Below, piece by piece: positions 10,117 to 18,392 of a stretch of 64,000 nt of DNA. The notes beneath the pieces are model-generated. The model did no database searches. It saw only the letters and a program-made list of their open reading frames with translations, and had not been told where the DNA came from. This DNA is from an uncultured Spirochaetales bacterium (GTDB lineage: Bacteria > Spirochaetota > Spirochaetia > SZUA-6 > CAVTHK01): contig CAZKGO010000016.1 in the NCBI GenBank assembly GCA_964552235.1, positions 1,048 through 65,047 on the forward strand. The letters are read 5' to 3'. Each line of letters starts with the position of its first letter. Positions within the stretch are counted from its first letter, which is position 1. A program made the position numbers and the translations under genes.

Positions 10117-11646
10117 TCATGACCCGGCGCTGGCCGTATTCAGCATCTTTTCCGTTGCTTCCGCGGCAGCGAGTACCTGGTCGGAATTGACACCCCGGGT
10201 CACGAAAGCGGTCCTTCCCTTCCACGTGATGAAGCACTGGACGAGGGCGTCGGTCTGGCCCGTCGACGGGATCGTGATCTGGTAATCCACCAGGGTGGGG
10301 CAGACGAATCCCAGGCGATCGGTGATCTTGCGGATCGCGTTCATGAGCGCGTCGTAGCCGCCGTCGCCGAGCGCGCTCTCCTCGTACTCCTTGAACGGCT
10401 CGTCCACCCTGGCCCTGTGAGCGAGCTTGACCGTGGCCATCGGTTTCATGCCCGTGCTCGACACCACCACGCAGGAGCGCAGCTCGAAGTGGCGCTCCGC
10501 GGGCGTCTCGAGGATGTCGGAGATGATGTAGCGCAGATCCTCCTGGGTGATGCTCTTCTTGAGGTCGCCCAGGCTGATGACCCGCTCGAGGACCCGCTTC
10601 CTGTGCTCCGGGCTCAGCTCGATGCCGAGGGACTCGAGGTTATAGTCGAGGCTCGACTTGCCGCTGAGCTTGCCGAGCGCGTACTGGCGCTTGCGCCCGA
10701 AGCGCTCGGGCGCAAGCCGGCTGGCGTACAGGTTGGCCTTTTTGTCTCCGTCGGCGTGGATGCCGGCGGTCTGGGTGAACACGTTCTGCCCCGAGATGGG
10801 CTTGTTGAAGGCTACTCGCCGTCCCGACGAGATCTCGACGCTCTGGCTGATGGCGTACAGCTGCTTCTCGTCGACCCGGGTCTCGCTGCCGAGGAAATCC
10901 CGCAGCGCGACCACCGCCTCGTCGAGCGACGTGTTGCCGGCCCTCTCGCCCACGCCGTTGACCGTGCAGTGGATGCCCCGCGCCCCGGCGGCGACTGCGG
11001 CCACGGTGTTGGCCGTGGCTACGCCGTAGTCGTTGTGCCCGTGGAAGTCGAAGTGGTGCTGCGGGTAGCGGCGCACCAGGTCCGAGACCAGCTCGCTCAC
11101 CTGGGTGGGGTGCAGGATCCCGAGGGTGTCGGGCAGCATGTATCGGCGGATCGGCGTGTCGGCGAGCTCGTCCAGGAGGAAGCGGACGTAGTCCGGCGAC
11201 TCGATCATTCCGTTGGACCAGACCTCGAAGTAGACGTTCACCAGAACGCCCCTGCTCGCCGCGTACTCGATGGTGTCCCGGATGTCCCGCACGTGCTGCT
11301 GAGGGGTCTTGCGCAGCTGCTTGCTCAGGTGCTCGAGCGATCCCTTGGTGAGCAGGTTCAGCACCCGGGCCCCCGCGGCGGTCATCCAGTCCACCGACGC
11401 CTTTCCGTCGGTGAAGCCGAGCACCTCGATCCGTTCGTCGAGCCCCTTTTCCCTCGCCCAGGCCGACACCCTGGCCACCGCCTCCTGCTCGCCGGGGCTG
11501 ACCCGCGCGCTGGCGATCTCGATGCGATCGACGCCCACATCCTCGAGCAGCATCCGGGCGAGGCTCAGCTTCTCCTCGGGGGTGAAGCTGGTGTCGCGCA
11601 TCTGCTCTCCGTCGCGCAGTGTCGTGTCCATCACCTCGATCAGCAT
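10117..11646 (-). CDS. cimA: (R)-citramalate synthase (LeuA/CimA family)
   Basis: 509 aa. DTTLRDGEQ, LNLLTKGSLEHLSKQLRKTP, FTQTAGIHADGDKKANLYA..PERFGRKRQYALGKLSGK, GDGGYDALMNAIRKITDRLG and ATEKMLN are co-linear with Leptospira CimA as I recall it. A 2-isopropylmalate synthase cannot be fully excluded. Confidence 0.8.
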   Translation of the reverse strand: MLIEVMDTTLRDGEQMRDTSFTPEEKLSLARMLLEDVGVDRIEIASARVSPGEQEAVARVSAWAREKGLDERIEVLGFTDGKASVDWMTAAGARVLNLLTKGSLEHLSKQLRKTPQQHVRDIRDTIEYAASRGVLVNVYFEVWSNGMIESPDYVRFLLDELADTPIRRYMLPDTLGILHPTQVSELVSDLVRRYPQHHFDFHGHNDYGVATANTVAAVAAGARGIHCTVNGVGERAGNTSLDEAVVALRDFLGSETRVDEKQLYAISQSVEISSGRRVAFNKPISGQNVFTQTAGIHADGDKKANLYASRLAPERFGRKRQYALGKLSGKSSLDYNLESLGIELSPEHRKRVLERVISLGDLKKSITQEDLRYIISDILETPAERHFELRSCVVVSSTGMKPMATVKLAHRARVDEPFKEYEESALGDGGYDALMNAIRKITDRLGFVCPTLVDYQITIPSTGQTDALVQCFITWKGRTAFVTRGVNSDQVLAAAEATEKMLNTASAGS

Positions 11647-11676
11647 GTCTCGACCCTCCTGATGCGGCGATCGTGC

Positions 11677-11710
11677 AAAAAAAAAGCCGTGGGCTTCGGG
11701 CCCACGGCTT
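11677..11710 (-). terminator. Attenuator terminator AGCCGTGGGC-ccgaa-GCCCACGGCT followed by T9, 30 nt before the cimA RBS
   Basis: A perfect 10-bp GC-rich stem plus a 9-U tract, read directly. It sits between the leader ORF and cimA. An alternative GGGCCCA/TGGGCCC pairing is available (see findings). Confidence 0.75.
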
Positions 11711-11730
11711 GATTCCGGCGCTGCTCCCTT

Positions 11731-11823
11731 TCAGGGAGACATGGGCCCCGCGCCGGCAGCGGTGATGACAATGAGAATGATGATCCCAATCCCGCCCATC
11801 GCCGTCCTCGCGCGTTCCCTCAT
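11731..11823 (-). CDS. Putative Ile-rich leader peptide MRERARTAMGGIGIIILIVITAAGAGPMSP
   Basis: 30 codons with GGGAGA 8 nt upstream of the ATG. The run IGIIILIVI holds six Ile. The ORF lies between a consensus promoter and the terminator. It is too short for the ORF track. Confidence 0.6.
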   Translation of the reverse strand: MRERARTAMGGIGIIILIVITAAGAGPMSP

Positions 11824-11848
11824 GCCCCGTCTCCCGTATGGAAGCCAC

Positions 11849-11878
11849 AGTATAGCGACGGCCCTCGGGATCTGTCAA
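11849..11878 (-). promoter_or_regulatory. Near-consensus sigma70 promoter TTGACA-18-TATACT for the leader/cimA operon
   Basis: tgtcaa at 11873-11878 and agtata at 11849-11854 on the + strand. Confidence 0.55.
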
Positions 11879-12169
11879 TCGCGTTCCCGCAGCTGCAGAG
11901 ATTCCCCATTCGCCCATTGATCTGTGCAGCGGGCAGGGGCCGCGGCAGGCGCGGGGCCAGTAGGCAGCAGCAGGAGGGCGGGCTGTCGGCTTTTCCCCCG
12001 CGGCGGAGATGGGCTTTCCTGCATTAGGATTGGGGCAGGAGAGCTCGGTGCCGGTTTCTTTCTTCTCTTCTTTCTTTGCCTCAGGTATGGGAGGTGGGCA
12101 GGCGAGTACCCTAACGCCAAAGGGTTGCGGTTGTGGTCTTTGTCTACACTAGCCTTGGGAGGGGAACTG

Positions 12170-13126
12170 GTGCCTTATGAAGGAAAACTGTCTTCATTCT
12201 TCCGGGATACCGTAAGAATCCCGCAGATTCTCGACGGTTTCTCCGACATCCGAAAGCATCCTCGCATCCGGCTGAGGGATATCCTCACCTCGGTGTTTCT
12301 CATGCCTGTTCTGGGTCTGACAGCGTTGCTGCGGCTCGACGCTGCCCTGCGTACGCCGCCGATGCTGCGTTTGTTCCGGAGTCCCAAAGACAAGAAGGTG
12401 GTGGTGGCCGATACCACGATTGCCCGCGTGCTGCGCTGGCTCAAGCCTGAGCAGTCCCGCCAGGCACTGCTGGCAGCCACGGCGAAGCTGGAGGACAAAG
12501 GGCTTCTTCTCCGTCGCCTGACGCCGACCTCCACGCCGAAGCGAATCGGAGTCTTTGACGGCTCCCAGATGGGCGGTCATTACCTGGTGGCGGCTCTGCT
12601 GTGCGGGGCGGTCAACTGCCCCGTGCTCGCCGAGCCCTGCAAGGGTCGAGGCCACGAGCTGAAGACCACCCAGTACTGGCTGCCGGTCCTGCAGAAGAAA
12701 CTGGATCGCTGTGCCCCGCAACTGTGGCTGCTGGACCCCCACTACTTCAACCAGTCCAGCTTCAAGAGCGTCCGTGACCTGTAGTCTCACCTGCTGATCA
12801 TGTATACCCCCGACAACAGCAACGAGCAGGACGGCGACACCAAGCTGTTCCGCGACGTGCTGGAGGACGCTCGCAGACTCTTCGCCGCAGAGTCGGCCGC
12901 CGTTGATCCCGTCGAGCACGCCCATGGCTTCGATGCCGAGCGCTGCTGTCGCTGGTCCATGGAGAAAACCAGCGCAGACTTCGCTGGCTACCCGCTGAAC
13001 ATCTTCTTCCTCATCGAGCACTATCCCAAAAGGAAGAACAACTCCCACATCGAATCATGGATCGTGACCACCGACCTCACGCTCGACTTCGCGGAAGCTC
13101 GAGAAGCAGCTCATCTGCGCTGGCAG
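12170..13126 (+). pseudogene. DDE-type transposase remnant (IS4/ISAs1-like): in-frame TAG at 12782-12784 and 3' truncation
   Basis: Track ORFs 11924..12784 and 12800..13183 share one frame and are separated by a single TAG (VRDL*SHLLIMYTP). N-terminal FSDIRKHPRIRLRDILTSVFLMPVLGLTALLRLD, the LLDPHYF acidic motif and the terminal HLRWQ look transposase-like. Similarity stops at 13126, before the expected E/K residues. Local GC is lower than in the flanks. Confidence 0.5.
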
Positions 13127-13179
13127 ATGGCCTTGGTCGTGTCCCTCCTCCTGCTTCTCTCGGTCGCGGTGGGGATGCC

Positions 13180-13949
13180 GTGAGCACTGCGAGGCTCGCT
13201 GCCCTGACCGGCGCCGGGGCGCTGTGCTGGGCTCTCGTGGCCGCGCTGCCGTTTCCGCGCGCCCGCGCTGCCGTCGACGCGGCGCGGAGGATGGAGGCCG
13301 CGATGGCGGCGCTGCGGCAGGAGCGCAGCGGCCGCGGCCTGTCCGCCGATCCGCGCGTGGACCGCAATCTCACCGGGTTGATCGGCCTGCCGGCGAGCGG
13401 GCTGACCACCACGCTCGGCTCTCTGGCGGCCAAGCGGACCTCCGCTGCTCCGGACATGGCCGCGCTCATGGTGCGGCTGCCGCGCGCCGCAGGCGTGGAG
13501 GCGGGGGATCGGGTGGCGGTCAACGCGTCGAGCTCGTTCCCTGCCCTGATCCTCGCCACCGTCTGCGCTGCCGAAGCGCTCGGAGCCGAGGTCGCCTTGC
13601 TGCCCTCGACCGGCTCTGCGAGCTACGGGGACAACGACCCGCGCTTCGCCTGGATCGACATGGAGGATGCCCGGCTCGCCCGGGGGCTGATCACGACCGC
13701 TCCTCGCACCTGTTCGCGGGCGGGGGCGACGACACGGGACGCGACCTCGACGCCGCCGACCTGGATGCGGTGGCCGCCCGCGCCGCCGCGTCGGGCAGGA
13801 TCATGGTCGCGGCCGCGGACCCGCACCCGCTGCCGCCCGTGGGCCGCGGCCGGGTCTACGCCTCAGGCGGGGCGCAGCGGCTCGCCGCCGCCGCCGGGCT
13901 GCTGCTGGCCGCCCTGGTGCTGGCGGCGGCGCGCGCTACTCGGCGTTGA
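13180..13949 (+). pseudogene. Secreted/C-terminally anchored hypothetical protein with an apparent frameshift at a G5 run (13682-13686)
   Basis: GTG 13180 gives a signal-like STARLAALTGAGALCWALVAALPFPRARA... and reads well to ...DMEDARLARG. Protein-like sequence continues in the frame of ORF 13224..13949 (ADHDRSSHLFAGGGDDTGRDLD...LLLAALVLAAARATRR*). Adding one G restores a single ORF. Confidence 0.45.
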
Positions 13950-14481
13950 AGACCGCGTCGAGCGCAGCTAGGTTGGCCCTGACCGCGTCGATGTCTGCAG
14001 CGTGGACCTGAGCCCGAAAGTCCTTTTCGCCTTCGAGGAGCGTCTCGTCCATGGCCGCCATCTGGGCCTTCATTGCGGCCTTCTGTTCTGCCGACAGGCC
14101 GGGGTTGCTCTCGATCATCGCGACGGCCTCTTTCAGCTCGCCGCCCTGGTCCGTTCTGGCCTGCTCGAGCATGACCACCATGTAGCCGAGCAGGATGGCG
14201 GCGAACTTGTCGAACTGCCGGTCGCCCCAGCCGTACTTGCGGAAGACCTTCTGGGCATCCGCGTTGGCCCGCAACGCCGCCAGCGATTCTCTCACGCTGC
14301 CGGGCTTTTCCTCGTCTACGTCCGCGGAGACCCCGAGCTGGTCGAGCTCGTCCGTCATCGGCTTGAAGTCGCGGATGAACTTCTTCACATCACCGTCGCT
14401 GAGCAGGCGCTGGGGAGTCTGCGCGACCGCCGCTGCGACGAGCACCAGTCCAAGAGCGAGAGCGAACGTGGGTTTGCGCAT
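13936..14481 (-). CDS. Secreted hypothetical protein (signal peptide, helical, 181 aa)
   Basis: MRKPTFALALGLVLVAAAVAQTP... Track ORF 13936..14982 trimmed to the ATG at 14481. Located just downstream of an intrinsic terminator. Confidence 0.6.
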   Translation of the reverse strand: MRKPTFALALGLVLVAAAVAQTPQRLLSDGDVKKFIRDFKPMTDELDQLGVSADVDEEKPGSVRESLAALRANADAQKVFRKYGWGDRQFDKFAAILLGYMVVMLEQARTDQGGELKEAVAMIESNPGLSAEQKAAMKAQMAAMDETLLEGEKDFRAQVHAADIDAVRANLAALDAVFNAE

Positions 14482-14517
14482 GAGCCAATGATGGACCGCG
14501 CAGCGCCCTTCGTCCAG

Positions 14518-14544
14518 AAAAAAAAGGGGAGCCTGCGGCTCCCC
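14518..14544 (-). terminator. Intrinsic terminator GGGGAGCC-gca-GGCTCCCC followed by T8
   Basis: Perfect 8-bp stem at 14526-14544 with an A8 run at 14518-14525 on the + strand. It lies 27 nt after the stop of gene 14571..15086. Confidence 0.75.
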
Positions 14545-14570
14545 TCCACGATGCTGTCGAGCTCCGCGGC

Positions 14571-15086
14571 CTACCTCCAAGCGCCCCGCGGACCCCAGCT
14601 CGGCTGCGGGCCCCCGCGCATGCCGCCGTAGGGCCGGCCGTACGGACGACGCATCATGCCCGGGCCGCCGAAGCCCATTCCCATCGGGCCCCAGGCGCGG
14701 TCGTCGATCTCGTACTCCTTGCCGTTGACCACGGCCTTGGTCACCAGCAGCGCCTTCTGGTCCTTGTCGCCCCACCACGGGTGGTCTTCGGCCAGGTAGC
14801 CTTCGACCTTGATCGCGTCGCCCTCCTTCACGTCGATATCGTAGCGATAGCGACCCGGCACCATCAGCACGACCTCTTCCTTGTCGGTCTTCAGTACGGG
14901 GTGCCAGTCCTTGAGCGACAGCGTCCCGGTGAGCTCGGTCTTCTTGTCGGAGATCTCGGGGCCTCTCCAGTCGCGCGCCCACGGCCCGGTGGCCGGCGGA
15001 GCGTCATCCTTGGTGCCACGAGCGAACGCTGCGGGCGCCGATACTGCGACGGCGAGCAGCACTATCGAAACAACCTTCGCCTTCAT
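14571..15086 (-). CDS. Secreted hypothetical protein with a Gly/Met/Pro/Arg-rich C-terminal tail
   Basis: Signal peptide MKAKVVSIVLLAVAVSAPAAFA, RBS caggagga, and tail GPMGMGFGGPGMMRRPYGRPYGGMRGGPQPSWGPRGAWR. Confidence 0.65.
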   Translation of the reverse strand: MKAKVVSIVLLAVAVSAPAAFARGTKDDAPPATGPWARDWRGPEISDKKTELTGTLSLKDWHPVLKTDKEEVVLMVPGRYRYDIDVKEGDAIKVEGYLAEDHPWWGDKDQKALLVTKAVVNGKEYEIDDRAWGPMGMGFGGPGMMRRPYGRPYGGMRGGPQPSWGPRGAWR

Positions 15087-15324
15087 CTTCTATCCTCCTG
15101 GTCAGACGTTGTGCCCGCTGTAATGCAGAAGCCGTGCCAAGCGGCGCGCGTACGGAATTGCCCCCCGGGGTCCGTTTATCACGGAATTTCCGGCGCTTGG
15201 GGGGCCTGCGGCCGGCTCTTCGAGCCCATCCCCGCCGGCGCTCGGTGCGCAGGTTCTGCGCACCCCGCCTGCTGCGCGCAGGTTCTGCGCGGCAGCCGCA
15301 GGAGCTGGGACCCTTTGAGCCGCT

Positions 15325-16404
15325 TCAGTACCTGTAGCGGAACCCCGCGGTCATGGCCAGGTCGCCGCTGCGGCCCCAGCCGTAGGTGTCGCTTTCCTCG
15401 CCTGCCTGCACCGACACGAAAGCGAGCAGGCTAAGCCCGGTCTGCATCCTCCAGTCGACGCCGAGCACGATGAGAGCCGAGAGATCGATGGGCGACAGGA
15501 AGTTGCGCGACACGAGCGACAGCTTGGGCCCGGCGTTCCACACCGCCTCGGGGTAGAGCAAGAGGCCGTATGCGTCTCCAGGGTCGCCGGCGCGCCACCG
15601 CGCGCCGGCGTTCAGCAGCGCCTCCAGCCTGAGGGCGAGGTCCGTGCCGTCGGGCAGCCGCAGGATGTGGTAGGCCCCGCAACTGAACAGCAGCGTCGAC
15701 GGCAGGTCGGCGGCGTCCAGCCCCTCGCCCGGCAGCGCCGCCGACGCCGCGGCGTAGAGGTCGACGTACAGGCTGCCGTGCAGGCTCACGAAGGGATTGT
15801 GGGTGTTGCCGCCGCCGCGGTAGAGGTAGCCGGCCTCGACCTGCGCGCCTCCGAGCTGCCCGAGAACCCGCGCGCCTGCGGCCGCATCCGCGATGTCCGG
15901 CAGCTCGGCCGCGGCCAGGTCGATCTCCGGGGCGAGCAGAGTCGCCTCGACAAAGGAGAAGGGCCCGAGCGGCACGAACACCGTCGATTGCCAGACCGCC
16001 AGGTCCCGCAGCTCTTTCGCGGTGATGTCCGCCGTGGAACCGATCGGACCGAAGACCACGTCGGCGGCATTGTAGAAGAAGCCCTGGCCCCACGACATCG
16101 GCGCCAGTCCGTGCGTCGCGCGCCAGCCCGACGCCCGCACCCGCGCGTACGCGCGAGTGACCGCGATCTCGGTCGTTTCGCCGATGCGCGCCTCGATCGC
16201 GAGCTGCCCGCGCAGCGTCTCGCTGGGCGCCGCGTCGAGGTAGAGGCGCCCGACGCCCGCGCCTGCCAGTCCCGCCTCCCAGTCGTCGGTGCGGGTCAAG
16301 GTGTCGAGCAGCGTGAGCTCGACGGAGGGCCTGACGTCCGCCGCCGCGGTCGCGGCGGCGGCGCAGGCGAGGGCCAGCGCCGCGAGCAGCCTCGGTCCTA
16401 CCAT
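15325..16404 (-). CDS. Putative outer-membrane beta-barrel protein
   Basis: Signal peptide MVGPRLLAALALACAAAATAAA, alternating beta-strand pattern and the aromatic C-terminus GFRYRY. The start overlaps the upstream stop (ATGGTAG). Confidence 0.6.
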   Translation of the reverse strand: MVGPRLLAALALACAAAATAAADVRPSVELTLLDTLTRTDDWEAGLAGAGVGRLYLDAAPSETLRGQLAIEARIGETTEIAVTRAYARVRASGWRATHGLAPMSWGQGFFYNAADVVFGPIGSTADITAKELRDLAVWQSTVFVPLGPFSFVEATLLAPEIDLAAAELPDIADAAAGARVLGQLGGAQVEAGYLYRGGGNTHNPFVSLHGSLYVDLYAAASAALPGEGLDAADLPSTLLFSCGAYHILRLPDGTDLALRLEALLNAGARWRAGDPGDAYGLLLYPEAVWNAGPKLSLVSRNFLSPIDLSALIVLGVDWRMQTGLSLLAFVSVQAGEESDTYGWGRSGDLAMTAGFRYRY

Positions 16405-17138
16405 GTCAACTCTCCCAGCGAGAAGATCTTCGGCGGCAGAGGACGGTCGATCTCGATCGCATCGAGCACGAAGACCGTCGAGGAGTTCCTCTTGAGGCTG
16501 TCCCGCAGCCTCATGCGCGTGGCCACGTTCCTGCCGGCGATCGTGCGGATCTCCTCGACCTCGATCTCCTTGAGCAGCGTGCCCGAGCGCGCGAACTTGT
16601 GAACCCTGCGAAAGAGAAAGATCTCGGTGTCGACCCACAGGGTCTGCCTATAGTAGGGCACATTGCGCGAGGTCGCCTCGAGGCTGACGCGGTAGCAGGG
16701 GCGGCCCGCGACGGCCTCGGTGCCCTCGAGCGTCGGCCGGTAGGACTTGCGCATCGACTTGCCGCCGGTCATGTCCTCGTAGGACATGTCGGAGCCGAGC
16801 ACGGCGTCGCGCAAGGCGGCGCCCTGCAGGCGGATCAGCTCGGCGGCGTCGGGGTAGTAGAGGTAGATCTCGTCGCTGGTGCGCAGGATTTTCATGCCCC
16901 GTTCCTCGGCGCTGGTGAACTCGATCAGCGTTGTGTCCTCGCCGCGGGACCAGGAGACGAAAGTGCTCTCGCGCTCGCCAAAGCGGTCCCTCACCACCAT
17001 CGAGCCCGTGGAGCGCACGGTGTCGAAGACGAGGTTCGCTTCCAGGCGGTCGATGATCTGGTCCGCGGTCAGGGCCTGGCTCGCGGCGGTCAGGATCGCG
17101 AACGCGGCCAGTCCCGCGGCTGCAATCAGTCTGTTCAT
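16398..17138 (-). CDS. Outer-membrane lipoprotein-sorting (LolA-like) protein
   Basis: 246 aa with a signal peptide and YYPDAAELIRL...YRVSLEA...LWVD. This is the typical LolA-like partner of FtsX/MacB-type ABC systems. Confidence 0.7.
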   Translation of the reverse strand: MNRLIAAAGLAAFAILTAASQALTADQIIDRLEANLVFDTVRSTGSMVVRDRFGERESTFVSWSRGEDTTLIEFTSAEERGMKILRTSDEIYLYYPDAAELIRLQGAALRDAVLGSDMSYEDMTGGKSMRKSYRPTLEGTEAVAGRPCYRVSLEATSRNVPYYRQTLWVDTEIFLFRRVHKFARSGTLLKEIEVEEIRTIAGRNVATRMRLRDSLKRNSSTVFVLDAIEIDRPLPPKIFSLGELTW

Positions 17139-17149
17139 CGAGGAGTCTC

Positions 17150-18382
17150 CTACGTGGCCCGCAGGGCTTCCACGGGCCTGATGCGTGCTGCGCGCGAAGC
17201 CGGCACGAGCGACGCCAGCGCGGCCACAGCGACGGAATAGACGAAGACCAGCACGGTGGACCTGAGGTTCAACGCCGGATAGAGGACGCTCGAAATCTCC
17301 ATGTCGACCCCTTGCATGGCCGCGCCGAAGTCGAGCCCGGTAAAGGAGAGGGGAATCGTGATGCCGACGCCCAGCAGCACGCCGGCGAGGGAGCCGAGAG
17401 TCCCGAGAGCCAGGGCCTCGAGAAAGAACAGCCGCACGATCTGGCTTCCGGTCATGCCCATGGCCGCCACTGTGCCGATCTCGCGGGTGCGCTCGTAGAT
17501 CACCATCATCGTCGTGTTGATGATCACCGAGCTGCCGAGCACGAAAAAGAACAGCGCCATGAAATTGTAGGACGTGGAGGCCATAGCCATCGTCGACCAG
17601 GTCGTACGCAGCGCGTGCCAGCTCTTCGCGTCGACGTCGGTCCAGCCGGCTGCGGCGAGGCGGACGCCCAGTTCGGAAGCCACCCGCTCGCTGGCGGCGC
17701 CGCCCCGCAGTTTGAGCAGGATCTCGGTGGCCGAGTCGTCCATGCGTGCAAGGCGGCGGGCGCGGTCGAGGGGGACCCAGAGGCTCGCCTTGTCGAGGGC
17801 CGCGACCGGAAAGCGGGCGAGGCCGGTCACGTCGACGGTGATGGCATTGCTGCCGCGCCGCATGGTCGTGGCGAGGAGGGTGATGCGGTCGCCGACCCGC
17901 ACGCCGAGCTCGCGGGCCAGCAGGGCGCCCACCAACGCCTCGTTGCGCTCGGGCTGAGGCAGACGCCCTTCGCTCACGCGCGTCGACAGCTCCTGGAAGC
18001 GCTCTTCGCGGGCCAGGTCGACGCCGTAGACCGTCGCTGCCACCATCTCTTCGCCCTGGTAGATCGCCACTGGCAGGTTGATGCGCTGCGACGCCGATGA
18101 GACGTCGGGGTGGGTCTCGACCAGGGCGACGGCTGCTTCGGAGCGCTCGACGCGCAGGTGCAGCGGCGAGAGCTGCTCGTAGCGGTCGTAGTCCCTGTGG
18201 CGCAGACGCACCTGCCCCGAGACGTAGGTGTGGAGATTGTCGGCGAGATTGCGCTTCATGCCCTCCAGCAACGAGAACAGCAGGGTGATCGCCATGGCAG
18301 CCACGCCGATCGCCGTCATCGAGAGCAGGCTGCGCCGGCGGTTGCGCCGGATGTTCCTCAGGGCGATCGCTGTGAGTCTCAC
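17150..18382 (-). CDS. ABC transporter permease, FtsX/MacB family
   Basis: GTG 18382 with AGGAGG 6 nt upstream. N-terminal TM, a large periplasmic domain, and C-terminal IYERTREIGTVAAMGMT...IRPVEALRAT (FtsX signature). Confidence 0.8.
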   Translation of the reverse strand: MRLTAIALRNIRRNRRRSLLSMTAIGVAAMAITLLFSLLEGMKRNLADNLHTYVSGQVRLRHRDYDRYEQLSPLHLRVERSEAAVALVETHPDVSSASQRINLPVAIYQGEEMVAATVYGVDLAREERFQELSTRVSEGRLPQPERNEALVGALLARELGVRVGDRITLLATTMRRGSNAITVDVTGLARFPVAALDKASLWVPLDRARRLARMDDSATEILLKLRGGAASERVASELGVRLAAAGWTDVDAKSWHALRTTWSTMAMASTSYNFMALFFFVLGSSVIINTTMMVIYERTREIGTVAAMGMTGSQIVRLFFLEALALGTLGSLAGVLLGVGITIPLSFTGLDFGAAMQGVDMEISSVLYPALNLRSTVLVFVYSVAVAALASLVPASRAARIRPVEALRAT

Positions 18383-18392
18383 TCGAGTCCTC

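Noticed and set aside
12782-12784. Genome-wide reassignment of TAG to a sense codon, to explain the three in-frame TAGs.
   Set aside because: TAG terminates many normal-length housekeeping genes in this window (eno, ilvB, ilvN, galM, aroK and others), so it functions as a stop. Only site-specific read-through remains conceivable, and that is kept as a low-probability check.
13180-13949. Naming the frameshifted gene a poly-gamma-glutamate system protein.
   Set aside because: This rests only on a vague memory of motif similarity. There are no pgsB/pgsC neighbours in the window and the protein would be shorter than that family. It is left as hypothetical.
15247-15290. Short repeated GCGCAGGTTCTGCGC units as a mini CRISPR array.
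   Set aside because: There are only two copies of a 15-nt unit, no cas genes and no regular repeat-spacer architecture. I noticed nothing CRISPR-like elsewhere in the window.
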